A stretch of 64,000 nt of DNA from Trichormus sp. ATA11-4-KO1 (GCA_019358915.1 JAHHIM010000013.1:1-64000), one strand, 5' to 3'. Positions 29,897-43,555 are shown, counted from the first letter of the stretch. Notes: a model not told the origin generated them from the letters alone. Numbers and translations are program-made.

Positions 29897-32518
29897 ATGC
29901 TTCATCCAGTTCTGCCACCTGCACCACTTCCTGCGCTTGAACCAGTACAATCAGCAAATTCTATTGCATACGTTAGTAAACCGCAGTTTCACTCAGTTGT
30001 AGAAACTCATACTGTTACCCAAGAGCCACAACGGGAAACGCCACAAATCTCAAATGTGGGAGAGAGTGAAGGTTCTTTGCATCTGTCAATTCCCATCAAT
30101 GCCACTAAGGATAACTTAGTATCTGCCAAAACTCTAGCCACACCCAGTACACCAGAAACCTTCCCAGCAGAATTTTCTCCCCTCACTAAAAGTCGGCAGA
30201 AAGCCTATTCTTCTCAGGGGAGCGAGGGAAAGCAATCCGCTAACTTGGGTCAAGTAGCGTCATTGGATGCGGAAAAAACTCCAATGACGCTACTTGCCCC
30301 ATTGACTATGCCCGCGTCCGCTCCATTATTTCAGGGTAGAGATGAGCTTACTGCCTCTAAAAGTGCCGCAAATTTGGGTCAACCCCAGAAAGTTGGTCAT
30401 TCCATGCAGCAGGTTGACCAGCCCAAAACCATACCCACTGGGCAAGTCGTAGCGCAACAAGTAACCCCACAAACACAGCAAATTCCCGAAAGCATCAATC
30501 TTATCGGAGATAATCCCGATTATGTACCGAGTTCGCAACCAGTACAAAATACTATAGAGTTCAAGTCTCGCAACTCCACAAACGAAACATCCACTCCTAC
30601 CACTATTGAGTTTCAATCACCCACCCCACAAGCTCAACAGCCAACACCGACACCGCCAGTAAGAGAAAGAATTGTCGAAGTCATCTCAGATAAGCAAGAG
30701 TATGACGAACAAAGGCGAATTATCACTGCTGAAGGTAATGTGGTGGTGCGATTTGATGGAGCTGTAGTAGATGCCGATCGCCTGCAAGTAAATTTAGACA
30801 ACTTGATCGCCGTCGGCGAAGGTAACGTGGCATTAACACGTGGGGATCAAATATTGCGGGGACAACGCTTTACCTATAATTTCATCCAAGATAGTGGAGA
30901 ACTGGAAAATGGCAGTGGGGAAATCTTCGTACCCTCAGCCCAAACAGACTTGGCTTTTACACCTAATGAGTTGACAGCAGGTGGAGTACCCCCGCGTCCA
31001 CTAAGCGATCGCGTCAGAGCCAATCAGCCTCTGACTGGGATCAGCAGTCCAGGGGGAATTGACTTTACCACAGGTGGTACAGCAGGCGCTAGCAATGTCC
31101 CGGCACCAACAGCTGGGGGTGAAGTCAGGCGGCTAAGATTTGAAGCTGAACGGATTGAGTTTTATCCGCGAGGTTGGCAAGCAGAGAATGTGCGGATCAC
31201 CAATGACCCATTTTCACCGCCAGAACTAGAGTTACGGGCATCCAAAGTAACTTCGACCCGGGAGTCCCCTTTAGTAGAAACCATCACTACACGGGGACAA
31301 CGTTTAGTATTTGACCAAAAATTCACCTTACCCATTCCCGTAGATCGACAAACCATTGACCGTTTTGAACGGGATGCCTCACCATTTATCGTTTCCCCCG
31401 GCTTTGACGGGGATAGGCGTGGTGGTTTGTTTGTCGAACGGGGCTTTACAGCAATTGATAACGAACAGACACGTTTGCGAATCACGCCACAACTATTTGT
31501 GCAAAAAGCCTTTCAAGAAGGTACCAGTGATGTAGCTGCGTTATTTGGTGTGACTACAAGGCTCAATGCTGTTTTAAGTCCACGCGCCACACTCCAAGGT
31601 GCTGGTGAATTAACCAGTTTTGACTTAAACAAAGTAGACGAGAATTTGCGGGCAAGTTTGCGATTGCGCCAGGAATTAGGCGATATTAATCCCCACATCT
31701 TGAATTTAGAATACAGCTACCGCGATCGCCTTTATAATGACAGCCTTGGCTTTCAAACCGTCCAGAGTAGTATTGGCGGTCTAATTAGCTCTCCTGTAAT
31801 TCCTATAGGTGACAGTGGCGTGAACCTCCGCTATCAAGCAGGCGCACAATATATCAACGCCAACACTGATCGCTTGGACTTGCTAGAACCAGACCGGGCA
31901 AACGATCGCATTTCTCTAGGTCGTCTACAAGGTAGTGCTAGCCTCAGTAGGGGCTTTTTACTGTGGCAGGGAAAACCATTACCACCTACTGCCACTAAGG
32001 GTTTAAGATACACACCAAACCCTGTAGTTCCTTACCTACAGACCTTTGCTAGCATCACAGGTACTACCAGTCATTACACTAATGGCGATAATCAAAGTAC
32101 CTTGACTGGTACAGTTGGCTTAGTCGGGCAAATTGGTCATTTTTCTCGCCCCTATCTAGACTATACCGCTTTCAATGTCAGTTATTCTCAGGGCTTAAAT
32201 AGCGGATTATCGCCCTTTTTGTTTGATCGCTCTGTTGATAACAAAGTATTGAGTGCGGGAATTTCACAGCAAATTTATGGGCCATTTCGTTTAGGCTTTC
32301 AAACATCAATTAACTTGGATACAGGTAGAGAAACTAGCACCGACTATATTTTGGAATATAGCCGCCGCACTTATGGAATCACCTTGCGTTACAATCCAGT
32401 ACTGGAATTAGGTGGCTTCAGTATTAGAATTAGTGACTTTAACTGGACTGGTGGTACTGATCCATTCTCTGGTGGCGAAGTTAGGCCAGTTGTCGATGGT
32501 GTGCGACAGGACAATTAA
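29897..32518 (+). CDS. DUF3769 / LptD(OstA)-like outer-membrane protein
   Basis: Low-complexity N-terminus, OstA-like AEGNVVVRF region, beta-rich C-terminus with YSRRTY. Confidence 0.8.
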   Translation: MLHPVLPPAPLPALEPVQSANSIAYVSKPQFHSVVETHTVTQEPQRETPQISNVGESEGSLHLSIPINATKDNLVSAKTLATPSTPETFPAEFSPLTKSRQKAYSSQGSEGKQSANLGQVASLDAEKTPMTLLAPLTMPASAPLFQGRDELTASKSAANLGQPQKVGHSMQQVDQPKTIPTGQVVAQQVTPQTQQIPESINLIGDNPDYVPSSQPVQNTIEFKSRNSTNETSTPTTIEFQSPTPQAQQPTPTPPVRERIVEVISDKQEYDEQRRIITAEGNVVVRFDGAVVDADRLQVNLDNLIAVGEGNVALTRGDQILRGQRFTYNFIQDSGELENGSGEIFVPSAQTDLAFTPNELTAGGVPPRPLSDRVRANQPLTGISSPGGIDFTTGGTAGASNVPAPTAGGEVRRLRFEAERIEFYPRGWQAENVRITNDPFSPPELELRASKVTSTRESPLVETITTRGQRLVFDQKFTLPIPVDRQTIDRFERDASPFIVSPGFDGDRRGGLFVERGFTAIDNEQTRLRITPQLFVQKAFQEGTSDVAALFGVTTRLNAVLSPRATLQGAGELTSFDLNKVDENLRASLRLRQELGDINPHILNLEYSYRDRLYNDSLGFQTVQSSIGGLISSPVIPIGDSGVNLRYQAGAQYINANTDRLDLLEPDRANDRISLGRLQGSASLSRGFLLWQGKPLPPTATKGLRYTPNPVVPYLQTFASITGTTSHYTNGDNQSTLTGTVGLVGQIGHFSRPYLDYTAFNVSYSQGLNSGLSPFLFDRSVDNKVLSAGISQQIYGPFRLGFQTSINLDTGRETSTDYILEYSRRTYGITLRYNPVLELGGFSIRISDFNWTGGTDPFSGGEVRPVVDGVRQDN

Positions 32519-32575
32519 TTAGGGTTTGCTGAAAAAGAAAGAAACAAGGGAAACTTTTTTAGATCATCTCCCCAC

Positions 32576-34084
32576 TCAGGAAGGAAGCACTTTCAAAGGC
32601 AAAGTAACAGTGAATGTCGTACCGACACCAACTTGACTGGTGACACTGATTGTACCCTGGTGAGCTTCAACACACCTTTTAACGATCACTAACCCCAGTC
32701 CTGTACCCTGAATTGATTGAACATTTGAGGCTCGATAAAATGATTCAAACAGTCGAATTTGATCTACTTCCGGAATACCAATTCCGTGGTCTTGAATCCG
32801 AAAAATGGCTACTTCTGCAATAGAATCACAGGTTAAATCAAAATGAATATTCTCCCCTTGAGGAGAATACTTAACTGCGTTAGAAAGTAAATTAATCAAT
32901 ATGTAATGTAAGAGTCGCTCATCTATCAAAGTATCTGTGCATTCACCATAACAAGTAAAAATTACTTCATGTCCATTACTTTTATGATTAATCGCAGAAA
33001 ATTCTGCAATTATTTCTCTACATACTTGCTCTAAGTTTAGTAGATGTGGGTGGCACTCAATTTTTCCTACATCTGACTTACCCATAAACAGCACATCTTC
33101 CATTAACTGTTTCATGGATTCTATAGCACCTTTAATTCGTCGTAAGTAGGTGTTTTTTTTTGCTTCTGTTAAACGCTCTCCTTGGAGTTCTATCAGTTCT
33201 ACTGCTGTTTGAATAACAGTTAGAGGATTACGAAATTCATGAGAGACTGTAGAGATAAATAGGGATTTGAGATTGTTGAGTTCGCGCTCTTTATTCAATG
33301 CTTGCTCTAGCAATTCTGTTTGACGGCGTTCGCTGAGATCCCAAAAAACCACCACTACACCATTTATTTGGTCAGGTCGCCGCATGATAGGTGAAGCACT
33401 ATCTCCAATGGGAACTTTTTTTCCGTCTTTGGTAATTAAAGATGTGAATTCCCCTAAATAGACAACCTGTTGTTCTCGCAGCACCTTGATCACTGGATTT
33501 TCCAGTGAAGCTTGTGTCACTTCATCAATAATATGAAAAATTCTGGATATGTGCTTTCCCAGAGCATCTGCTTGCTGCCAGCCAGTCAATAATTCTGCTG
33601 CGGGATTCATAAATGTCACCATTGCTTGCTCATTGGTGGCAATTACAGCATCACTCATTGAGTTTAAAAGAGTTGCTAACCGATCACGATTCTCCCGCAA
33701 GTCACGTTCTAGTTGATGTTTTAATAGACCGATTTCAACAGCTATTCTTAAATCTTTAGAAGTAAATGGTTTAACAACATATCCAAAGGGTTGAGTGAGT
33801 TTCGCACGTTGCAGAGTATTCTCATCACCATAAGCGGTGAGAAAAATTACGGGAATATCCAATTGCTCACGAATATAAGTAGCGGCGGCAATACCATCCA
33901 TGTCACCTTTCAGGATAATATCCATTAAAACCAGTTCTGGTTTAATTTCCGATGCCTTGGCGATCGCTACTTTTCCAGAAGAAGCCGTGCCTGTAACCAT
34001 GTATCCTAATTGATTCAGTTGGCTGGCAATGGTTCTTGCTACAATCACTTCATCTTCAACGACTAAAATTCTCACTTGACCCAT
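32576..34084 (-). CDS. Hybrid kinase (receiver-PAS-HisKA-HATPase)
   Basis: ILVVEDE, LMDI and KPF receiver; SHEFRNPL; NAVKYS; GTGLGL. Confidence 0.92.
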   Translation of the reverse strand: MGQVRILVVEDEVIVARTIASQLNQLGYMVTGTASSGKVAIAKASEIKPELVLMDIILKGDMDGIAAATYIREQLDIPVIFLTAYGDENTLQRAKLTQPFGYVVKPFTSKDLRIAVEIGLLKHQLERDLRENRDRLATLLNSMSDAVIATNEQAMVTFMNPAAELLTGWQQADALGKHISRIFHIIDEVTQASLENPVIKVLREQQVVYLGEFTSLITKDGKKVPIGDSASPIMRRPDQINGVVVVFWDLSERRQTELLEQALNKERELNNLKSLFISTVSHEFRNPLTVIQTAVELIELQGERLTEAKKNTYLRRIKGAIESMKQLMEDVLFMGKSDVGKIECHPHLLNLEQVCREIIAEFSAINHKSNGHEVIFTCYGECTDTLIDERLLHYILINLLSNAVKYSPQGENIHFDLTCDSIAEVAIFRIQDHGIGIPEVDQIRLFESFYRASNVQSIQGTGLGLVIVKRCVEAHQGTISVTSQVGVGTTFTVTLPLKVLPS

Positions 34085-34091
34085 TGGAAAT

Positions 34092-36389
34092 TTATTGATG
34101 CAAAGTTAACTGCGGAAATTGAATTTTGAACACTGTTCCACGGTTACGTTCTACAGTCATACTACCTTCTAGTTGTTCTGTAACCAAGTCAGAAACTAAG
34201 GAAAGACCTAAAGAATCTGTATTACTCCAATCTAAATTATTTGGTAACCCAATGCCATTATCTTGAATAATCAACTCAATAGCATTACTAATATTGCGTA
34301 AATTAATCATAATTTTACCTGTTCGTTGCTGGGGAAAAGCATGTTTGAGAGCATTGGAGATTAATTCATTGATGATCAGCCCACAGGCAATAGCTTGGTC
34401 AATATTTAAACTAATGGCATCTATATTAGTTTCTAGCTCAATCTGACTAGGTACTATCTGATAAGAAATGAGGATACTAGTTGTCAAATTCTGTATGTAG
34501 TCAGCAACATCCAGTTGCCCAATATTAGATGAAGTATATAAGTTTTTGTGAATTAAAGATATAGAGTCAATGCGATTTTGGCTGTCTCGAAAAACTTTGA
34601 TAATTTCTGAATCTTTGAGTGTTTGAGACTGGAGTTGTAATAAACTTGATACAATTTGTAAATTATTTTTAACTCGATGATGAATTTCTTTTAAGAGAAC
34701 TTCTTTTTCTACTAACGCACTTCTTAAATTCATTTCAGCTTTCTGACGTTCAGCAAGTTCATTCTGAGCTTGCTGAAATATGCTGGATTGTTGAATGGCG
34801 ATCGCAATTTGCACTGTCAGTTGATCTAGTAAGTCCAATTGATTTTCTGACCACTCGCGGGGACCAGAGCATTGGTGCGCGACGAGTAAACCCCACAAGC
34901 TAGAACCAACATTGTCTCCACCTACTTCTAAAATAATAGGCACAACTAAATTAGCTTTAACCTCAAACTGTTCTAGCAATTGCAGATGACAATCACTAAG
35001 TTTAGCTTCATAAATATTGGCGATCGCTTGTTTGCGTCCTTGATGATAATCCAATCCTGCACCAGTCTGAAAACATGTATCTTCAATCTTGACACCTAAA
35101 GAAACTGTCCATCCTGCCTCTACTGACTCTGCGACAACTTTGCCACTCATATCTGAGGCAAATTGATAAACTACAACTCGGTCAACCTCTAGCAAATCTC
35201 GCACTTCTTTGACTGTGGCATTGAGAATATCTTGCAGATTCAAAGATTGACGAATCCTCTCGGCTACAGTTCGCATCAATTGCTCCCGTTCAGCTTGAGC
35301 TTTGAGAGCTAGTTCAGCTTGCTTGCGTTCTGTGATATCCTGCCCAATGCCGATAATTTGACCATCTCGAAGGCTAACATTAGTCCAAGACGTATCTATT
35401 ACCCGACCATCCCGCGCCTGAGTTTTAAAGTCACCCCAAGTGCGTTTTGCAGATTGAATAAACTCGATTACATACTGACGATATTCAGAATTAGGGTATA
35501 GCTCAGTTAGAATATCGCGGTCTTGAAAATCTTGCAACTGCCAACCGAAAACACTTTCTAATTCTTGGTTCACCCATTGGAGTTTACCTTCAGCATTGAT
35601 TAATGTAATCATCAATGGGATGCGAGCAAAAATACTTTGCAGAAACTCATTTTGTTCTTGGAGTTTTGCTTCCGCATTTTTGCGTTCAGTAATGTCTGAC
35701 AATACAGCTAATATTGCCGATTCACCGTTAAAAGTTAAATACTGAAGTGAAGCGATCGCCCAAAAAGAAGTTCCATCTCCTCTTTTGAGTGGGAGTTCAT
35801 AATTTTGCAGTGAGCCATGCTGGGAAAGAGCTTCTAAAACTACTTTAGCTTCAGCTTTATCGTGATATAAATCTAAAGCTAGATAATTAATTAAATCCTC
35901 TGACGAAAAACGAAATGTTTGAAAGAATTCTGGGTTAGCATATAAAATTAAACCATCAGATAAGCGCGAAATTATTAATGGTACAGGAATAGCTTTAGAA
36001 ATTGCTCGAAATCTAGCTTCACTCTCCTGGAGGTTTTTTTCTATTTGTTTACGCGCTGTAATATCTTTGATATCTACTAACTGGGCATTACATCCAGCAT
36101 AGTTTATTGGCTGTGTAATCGTTTCTACATCAATAATTTTTCCATTCTTTTGACGATGTTGCCATTCTTGCGATAAGTTTAATTCAGTTTTTTTTTCGGT
36201 TAAAGATTCCAGCAATCTAGTGATATCTTCTGGCGAGTAAATGTCAGTAATTCGCATTTGTAAGAACTCTTCACGAGAGTAGCCATATTGGGAAACAGCA
36301 GCTTCATTGACATCTAAAAATTTTAAAGTATTTTGGTCATATACCCACATGGGGTGAGGATGACTCGCAAAAAGGAGACTAGAATTCAT
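34092..36389 (-). CDS. PAS-PAS-PAS-GAF HisKA_2 kinase with a DXCF cyanobacteriochrome GAF
   Basis: [16 protein letters not shown] and ANLVVPI in the [14 protein letters not shown] kinase motif. Confidence 0.88.
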   Translation of the reverse strand: MNSSLLFASHPHPMWVYDQNTLKFLDVNEAAVSQYGYSREEFLQMRITDIYSPEDITRLLESLTEKKTELNLSQEWQHRQKNGKIIDVETITQPINYAGCNAQLVDIKDITARKQIEKNLQESEARFRAISKAIPVPLIISRLSDGLILYANPEFFQTFRFSSEDLINYLALDLYHDKAEAKVVLEALSQHGSLQNYELPLKRGDGTSFWAIASLQYLTFNGESAILAVLSDITERKNAEAKLQEQNEFLQSIFARIPLMITLINAEGKLQWVNQELESVFGWQLQDFQDRDILTELYPNSEYRQYVIEFIQSAKRTWGDFKTQARDGRVIDTSWTNVSLRDGQIIGIGQDITERKQAELALKAQAEREQLMRTVAERIRQSLNLQDILNATVKEVRDLLEVDRVVVYQFASDMSGKVVAESVEAGWTVSLGVKIEDTCFQTGAGLDYHQGRKQAIANIYEAKLSDCHLQLLEQFEVKANLVVPIILEVGGDNVGSSLWGLLVAHQCSGPREWSENQLDLLDQLTVQIAIAIQQSSIFQQAQNELAERQKAEMNLRSALVEKEVLLKEIHHRVKNNLQIVSSLLQLQSQTLKDSEIIKVFRDSQNRIDSISLIHKNLYTSSNIGQLDVADYIQNLTTSILISYQIVPSQIELETNIDAISLNIDQAIACGLIINELISNALKHAFPQQRTGKIMINLRNISNAIELIIQDNGIGLPNNLDWSNTDSLGLSLVSDLVTEQLEGSMTVERNRGTVFKIQFPQLTLHQ

Positions 36390-36531
36390 ACGGCTCTCTT
36401 GAAGGAAGAATTTATTGCCAATGCAAAGGATTGGGGACTGGGGATTAATGAAGAGTGCTGAGTGCTGAGTAAGGTAAAACCTATTTCTTCTTTCTCCTCC
36501 GCCTCTTTGCCCCTCTGCTTCTTCTATGCGC

Positions 36532-38064
36532 TCACCTTGGCCTTCCCAACGTGGTGACGTAAATCACAGCTTCATCAGCAGGAATGCCTAAAACTTCATT
36601 TACTTGGTCATCAAAAAAGCCGCCAATACCACTGACACCTAAATTTAGATGAGTTGCGGCTAAATTCAGCCGTTGTCCTAAATGTCCGGCATCCATATGT
36701 AAGTAACGGTAAACGCGATCGCCGTACTGAGCGATCGCGGATTTTAAATCGGCTGTATGAAAAAGCACGGCGGCTGCATCCCTTCCTAAATCCTGCCCCA
36801 AGCAAAGGAAGTGTAACTCGCGCCGGAAGTTTTTAAATCGAATTTGTCGTAATTCTTGAGCTTTGGGTGCGTAATAGTAACAGCCTGACTCTAAGCCTGT
36901 CACGCCACTGACAGCAATAAATGTTTCAATTAAATTTAGGTCAAAGTAGTCTGGAGAACTATCTAAACTTTGGTCAATATAATTTTGTGGTTGATAGGTG
37001 AAATCGAGTAAAGCTTTGAGTTCATCAAAGGTTAAATTATCGCCACTGTAAGCGCGGGTAGAACGTCGCTTATACATGGTGATTTCCAAATCTGACAGTT
37101 TTTCTCTCCAGTAAATGGGCGTGGTAGTCGTGGGGATTTTTAGACAGAAAGGAAAATTATATTTATCCTCCAAAGACTTTTCTTGTTTGACCGTTGGTAA
37201 ATTGAGTTTACCTGTGATTCCTGGTTGAATCTGGGTGTGGCGATGAAAATATCTTAGCAATTCCCCGTCTGGGATGGGTGGATAATTAGTTTCGGTAGCT
37301 GAAGGTAAAGCAGTACATCCCAGTGGTAAATTTTGTTGGATATCTAATAAGTCTGCCAGAGGCAGGATAGCGATCGCTCCTTCTTGTTGCGAATCGATAT
37401 AAAGTAAATCGTTGATGGCTTCATCGATAAAACCGCCAATCAAATGCGGGCGATAATCATTAATCGCCGCAGCTAACTCGATGTTACCCAACAAATGGCC
37501 TGTATCTAGAAATATTCGGCGGTAAGCCCTATCTTCATATCGCCACGCTGAACGATAGAAAACCCCAGTAATAATAATTGCTAATTGAGTACTTTCCAGA
37601 ACGGGATGCCAAAAACAAGCTTCTTGCAAAGCTTGCCAAACGTCACTTTCCCAATAATGCATCAGGGAGTGAGTCCGACATTGGTAGTTATACAATCCAG
37701 GTGGTAATAACGGCGTACCACGAGAAACTACATACACTTCAGCAGGATACAACCCCCCAGCACTGGGGGCAGCCCGTAAATATACTGTACTACCCATAGA
37801 AGGCATTCTTGCCGTCAGTCCGTAGCTGCGAAACAGTAACCGCGAAAGTCTTTGCCACCACTGCGCATATGGGTTATTAGCAAAGGCGGCTGGTGTTTCT
37901 TGAATGTAGGGTTTTAGATCAAAAGTCGAGCCAATTTTGTAGTCTTTAAACGGCACTGGCTGTTTAGCCCAGTCTAACCCCTGACTTTTAGCAGCAAGAG
38001 TTTCAGGGTGGTATTTAGTACGTTCGTGATAGTGTTGAGCAATGGATTGGTGTGTTTCTGGCAT
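36532..38064 (-). CDS. SagB/ThcOx-family nitroreductase-like dehydrogenase
   Basis: [18 protein letters not shown] and DAGHLGQ; two nitroreductase domains. Confidence 0.88.
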   Translation of the reverse strand: MPETHQSIAQHYHERTKYHPETLAAKSQGLDWAKQPVPFKDYKIGSTFDLKPYIQETPAAFANNPYAQWWQRLSRLLFRSYGLTARMPSMGSTVYLRAAPSAGGLYPAEVYVVSRGTPLLPPGLYNYQCRTHSLMHYWESDVWQALQEACFWHPVLESTQLAIIITGVFYRSAWRYEDRAYRRIFLDTGHLLGNIELAAAINDYRPHLIGGFIDEAINDLLYIDSQQEGAIAILPLADLLDIQQNLPLGCTALPSATETNYPPIPDGELLRYFHRHTQIQPGITGKLNLPTVKQEKSLEDKYNFPFCLKIPTTTTPIYWREKLSDLEITMYKRRSTRAYSGDNLTFDELKALLDFTYQPQNYIDQSLDSSPDYFDLNLIETFIAVSGVTGLESGCYYYAPKAQELRQIRFKNFRRELHFLCLGQDLGRDAAAVLFHTADLKSAIAQYGDRVYRYLHMDAGHLGQRLNLAATHLNLGVSGIGGFFDDQVNEVLGIPADEAVIYVTTLGRPR

Positions 38065-38315
38065 ATTAATTTAAATACTCTTGGAGCATCCTTATTTTGA
38101 TCTTGGCATTCATCAGCCTCATTATTTCGTATTAATAAGCACAAACTTCCATCTCATTATGTGGTGTTTAGTGATTGCCATTGGATATCTGATTATGACT
38201 TGATGCGGATGTTAACCAAGGGTGTGATATTTTGCCATGCATCTGACTCAGTTTTGAAATGTCAATAGCAAAATGTCAGTTTAAGGAAAACCATTGAAGA
38301 AATCGAGTTTGTTAA

Positions 38316-39236
38316 CTAATCAGAATTAGCTGATTCTGGTGTCTGTGTCAAACTTGGCGAATGAGTGCATCGCCAACGGATAAAACCATAGACACTAGCA
38401 GCCAAAATTAATAATAAGGGACTATAAACCATTAACCAAATACCCAATTTGAGTAAGCCAATAATAAATGTACCCAATGAGTTAGTGGAGTTATTCCAGG
38501 TTTCTTGAACTTGGGAACCTAGGGTACGCTGTGGATTGCTGCTAGACACGGCTGCTTCTAGGTTTAGCGTAATCGTGGAATATGCAACTTGATTTTGTAA
38601 GTTTTTCAATTGGGCGTCAATTTGTTCGATGGATTGCCGGACATTATTCAGTTCTTGGGCAACACTCAGCACATCTCTGATGGAACCCGCCCGATCCATA
38701 ATTTTTTGTAAATTGGCTTCAGTTTTCCGCAAGTTAGTTAATCTGGCTTGGAAATCCACTAAGCGATCGCCTACATCTTCCGCCGTAATATTACGATTAT
38801 TCACAGTGCCTAATTTAGCTAATTGCTCTAAGGTAGGCTCTAGTAAGTTTTGCGGAACTCGTAGTGTGATCGATGCCATATGACGGCCATTGTCTGTTGT
38901 TGGTTGACGTTCGTTTAACTTAATCAAATCTCCTTGCTGTTGATTAATCACTTGTGAGACAGCATCGATACTCTGACTTACAGAGTTGACAATTACAGTC
39001 ATTGCGGCCTTTCTAATCAGTTGAGGACGCGCACGGGGTATTGGTGCATTTTCTGTTTGTTGAGGGCTACTTTCACTCACCGCAGGTGCTGCTGCTTGAT
39101 TGGCCAGGCGATCGCCTGGAGGTAATCCCTGATGTGATGATGGCTGCACAGAAGCACAACTGGTGAATATTACCCCTCCCAGTAGCGCACTGATCAACAA
39201 AGTAGATTGGCGTGGTAATTGAGTTGAAACGTGCAT
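38316..39236 (-). CDS. DUF4349 domain lipoprotein
   Basis: FTSC lipobox, ITLRVP, AEDV, coiled coil, YSTITL and a C-terminal TM. Confidence 0.85.
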   Translation of the reverse strand: MHVSTQLPRQSTLLISALLGGVIFTSCASVQPSSHQGLPPGDRLANQAAAPAVSESSPQQTENAPIPRARPQLIRKAAMTVIVNSVSQSIDAVSQVINQQQGDLIKLNERQPTTDNGRHMASITLRVPQNLLEPTLEQLAKLGTVNNRNITAEDVGDRLVDFQARLTNLRKTEANLQKIMDRAGSIRDVLSVAQELNNVRQSIEQIDAQLKNLQNQVAYSTITLNLEAAVSSSNPQRTLGSQVQETWNNSTNSLGTFIIGLLKLGIWLMVYSPLLLILAASVYGFIRWRCTHSPSLTQTPESANSD

Positions 39237-39525
39237 AATCTACCCCCAGATAGATGAAGTTAATCTCAGTATGGCTGGGGGAAAAACTTAAAGTTGGGAT
39301 TGTTGCAATATATGTAACAAAGGCGATTTGCGATTTGCAGTGGGATGGCCAGTTCCTGGCTCGGCAGTAAACTAGCATATGGGCTTGTGATTGGTTTATC
39401 CAATTACGCAATGCATTAGAAATATTAAAAGCGACAGTTGCTAGAGAAACCTCTCTATAGATGAATTGTCAAACAATCCTTAACCCGCTACTAAATAATG
39501 GTGACTGCAAACTACAGCTAAAAGC

Positions 39526-40395
39526 ATGGAAACCAAACAGCTAGGAAATACAGGTGTCTTTGTCAGTGCAATCGGTTTGGGTGGGATGCCCATGTCAATT
39601 TATCATCGTCCTCCTGAATCTCAATCAATTCCAGTAATTCATCGTGCTTTGGATCTGGGCATCACCTTCATTGACACTGCTGACTCTTACTGCAAAGATG
39701 AGTCAGACAAGCACCATAACGAGCAACTAATTCACCAAGCACTTGCCAGTTACAAAGGTGATATTAGCCAAGTCATTGTAGCCACCAAAGGCGGTTTAAT
39801 GCGTCCTCAAGGTAACTGGACACGCAACGGTAACCCGGAACATTTGCGCCAAACAATTCGCGAAAGTTTTGCGGCTTTGGGTGGTGACAAACCCATCGAT
39901 GTTTGGCAATATCACGCCCCTGATCCTAATTACACCATTGCTGAATCCCTCGCAGCTGCCAAGGCCGCCGTAGAAGCGGGTTTGATTCGATTTGTGGGAG
40001 TTTCTAACTTTTCTGTAGAACAAATCAAGCAAGCGCGGGATGTGGTGAATATTGTCTCAGTGCAAAATCAATACAGTCCTTGGGAAAGACAGCCAGAAGT
40101 GGATGGTGTCTTACAATATTGTGAACAAGAAAAATTGACATTTTTACCGTGGAGTCCCTTTGGTGGGATGCGTCGCCATGAAAACTTGCAAGATATTCCC
40201 GCGATCGCGCAGTTAGCTCAAGAAAAAGGCGTATCAGTATACTGTATTGTGTTGGCGTGGTTGCGTTCCAAATCGCCTTGTATTTTGCCGATTCCGGGCG
40301 CTAGTAAAATTTCTAGTATCGAAGACTCAGTACGTGCTGTCGATGTGAAACTATCGGCGGAAGAAGTACAAAAAATTGATCAAGCAACGTCATAG
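39526..40395 (+). CDS. Aldo/keto reductase
   Basis: IGLGGM, IDTADSY, GVSNFS and PIPGAS. Confidence 0.93.
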   Translation: METKQLGNTGVFVSAIGLGGMPMSIYHRPPESQSIPVIHRALDLGITFIDTADSYCKDESDKHHNEQLIHQALASYKGDISQVIVATKGGLMRPQGNWTRNGNPEHLRQTIRESFAALGGDKPIDVWQYHAPDPNYTIAESLAAAKAAVEAGLIRFVGVSNFSVEQIKQARDVVNIVSVQNQYSPWERQPEVDGVLQYCEQEKLTFLPWSPFGGMRRHENLQDIPAIAQLAQEKGVSVYCIVLAWLRSKSPCILPIPGASKISSIEDSVRAVDVKLSAEEVQKIDQATS

Positions 40396-40505
40396 AAATT
40401 TTAGATTGCAGTCTAGCCAAAATTGTTTTCCCATTCCCTATTCCCTACTCCCCACCCTTTTAAGGTACAATCAAAAGCCTGCCAATTAATGACGATGCTT
40501 GCTGA

Positions 40506-41513
<1,008 letters not shown>

Positions 41514-41637
41514 TCAAGAAGGGAACAGAGGACAAGCCTCGCCGTGAGCGTTAGTTGAACTGGAATAGGGAACAGAGTTTTTGCTTTCTATTTTCTCTTT
41601 GGAAGTAAGAGATTCCCAATTCTGCAAGTGACAGGTT

Positions 41638-41664
41638 TTGGATGGGGTATAAATCCCCATCCAA
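41638..41664. terminator. Hairpin between convergent ilvC and dapL
   Basis: TTGGATGGGG-N7-CCCCATCCAA. Confidence 0.65.
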
Positions 41665-41673
41665 CATTCTCTG

Positions 41674-42909
41674 TTAAAGTTTAAACTTCTCAGTAATCCG
41701 TTTCATTGCTTCTTCCACATTTTCCCGGCTGTTAAATGCCGAAATGCGGAAGTAGCCTTCACCCGCAGCACCAAAGCCAGAACCAGGTGTACCCACCACA
41801 TTGACAGTGTGTAGCAACTTATCAAAGAATTCCCAACTAGACAGATTATTAGGAGTTTTCACCCAGACGTAAGGTGCATTCACTCCACCGTACACAGCCA
41901 ATCCGGCGGCTGTTAGTTGTTCACGAATAATTTTGGCATTTTCCAGATAAAACCCAACTAATGCCTGAATTTGTGCCTGTCCTTCCTCAGAATAAACCGC
42001 TTCGGCTCCCCGTTGCACGATGTAGGACACGCCATTAAACTTGGTAGACTGGCGGCGATTCCACAGCTTCCACAGTTCCACATCAGAACCATCGGCGGCT
42101 TTGGCTGTCAGTGTCTTAGGTAAGACAGTTAACGCACAACGAGTTCCTGTAAAGCCTGCATTCTTGGAAAAAGAACGAAATTCGATCGCACATTCCCTGG
42201 CACCGGCAATTTCATATATAGAATGGGGAATCGCCGGATCTGTGATATAAGCTTCGTATGCAGCATCAAAGAAAATGATCGAGTTATTAGCCCTAGCATA
42301 ATCCACCCATGCTTGCAAGTATTCTTTGGTAGCAGTCGCACCAGTGGGGTTATTGGGGAAACAGAGGTAAATTAAATCAACTTTCTTGGAGGGAATTTCG
42401 GCGGTGAAGTTGTTTTCAGCCGAAATCGGCAGATAAACTAAACCCTCAAACTCACCTTGCTCATTGGCAGAACCAGTATTACCTGCCATAACATTTGTGT
42501 CCACATATACGGGGTATACAGGGTCAGTAACAGCGATAATATTGTTTTTGCCAAAAATGTCGAGAATATTGCCAGTATCGCACTTAGAACCATCGGAGAT
42601 AAAGATTTCCGCAGCGTCTATCTCAGCTCCCCGTGCTTGGAAATCTTGGGCAGCAATTTTTTCCCTTAACCAAGCATAACCTTGTTCTGGCCCATAGCCT
42701 TTAAAGGTGGAGCGATCGCCCATTTCTTCCACAGCTTTGATCATAGCTGTGCGGCAAGCTTGGGGTAGAGGTTCGGTGACATCACCAATACCCAGGCGGA
42801 TAATCTGAGCATCAGGATTGGCTTCGGCAAAGGCATTCACCCGCCGGGCAATTTCGGGAAACAGATAACCAGCTTTTAGCTTCAGGTAGTTGTCGTTAAT
42901 CGTTGCCAT
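41674..42909 (-). CDS. dapL: LL-diaminopimelate aminotransferase
   Basis: YLFPEI, GYGPEQG, PNNPTG and [10 protein letters not shown]. Confidence 0.96.
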   Translation of the reverse strand: MATINDNYLKLKAGYLFPEIARRVNAFAEANPDAQIIRLGIGDVTEPLPQACRTAMIKAVEEMGDRSTFKGYGPEQGYAWLREKIAAQDFQARGAEIDAAEIFISDGSKCDTGNILDIFGKNNIIAVTDPVYPVYVDTNVMAGNTGSANEQGEFEGLVYLPISAENNFTAEIPSKKVDLIYLCFPNNPTGATATKEYLQAWVDYARANNSIIFFDAAYEAYITDPAIPHSIYEIAGARECAIEFRSFSKNAGFTGTRCALTVLPKTLTAKAADGSDVELWKLWNRRQSTKFNGVSYIVQRGAEAVYSEEGQAQIQALVGFYLENAKIIREQLTAAGLAVYGGVNAPYVWVKTPNNLSSWEFFDKLLHTVNVVGTPGSGFGAAGEGYFRISAFNSRENVEEAMKRITEKFKL

Positions 42910-43012
42910 AGTAAAGTTGAAAAAACGGCCTAGATAAAACAGCTTACTGCTAATTGATATATGCAATAGCGTGATTTTTTAAGAAAATTAAATATGCGTT
43001 TTCCATAACCCT

Positions 43013-43041
43013 TGTGGAGACATTACATGTAACGTCTCTAC
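43013..43041. repeat. Palindromic REP-like repeat
   Basis: TGTGGAGACATTACATGTAACGTCTCTACA, an imperfect palindrome. Confidence 0.6.
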
Positions 43042-43213
43042 ATTCTGTTCATAGCCGTGGGATGAGTTAATTGCGGTCTACATCAAAAAAAGTAGTAACA
43101 ATGCAAATATTCCTTGAGGCTATCTATAATTAGTTCCGATGGCAGATTTAATGCCAAGGTGTGAATTGTTAATCTATGAATGTTCTGTAAAAATATTTAC
43201 TAAATTAAAAACA

Positions 43214-43486
43214 ATGAACATTCTTGCTTGGATTGTTTTAGGTTTAATTGCTGGTGCCATTGCTAAGGCTATCTATCCCGGTCATCAAGGTGGCGGTATT
43301 TTAGGAACAATTTTACTAGGAATTATCGGTGCATTTATTGGTGGCAGCTTGGGTGTATTTTTCAGTACAGGAACCTTTGCCTTAGCCGCACCTACCCTGA
43401 GTATTACAGGTATCATATTAGCGATTATTGGCGCGATCGTTGCCATTTTCTTATGGAACTTGCTAACTTCTCGTAGTGCTGTGTAA
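43214..43486 (+). CDS. GlsB/YeaQ/YmgE family stress membrane protein
   Basis: ILAWIVLGLIAGAIAK, LGIIGAFIGG and AIIGAIV. Confidence 0.9.
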   Translation: MNILAWIVLGLIAGAIAKAIYPGHQGGGILGTILLGIIGAFIGGSLGVFFSTGTFALAAPTLSITGIILAIIGAIVAIFLWNLLTSRSAV

Positions 43487-43555
43487 CAAGTTCAATTGCG
43501 GTTAGTTAGGTAATACTTAATTAAAGTCTGTTTCTACTTTTAAGAGGTAGATCCA

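Noticed and set aside
36532..38064. SagB-like gene as part of a RiPP/azole cluster
   Set aside because: No YcaO, precursor peptide or transporter nearby; stand-alone gene.
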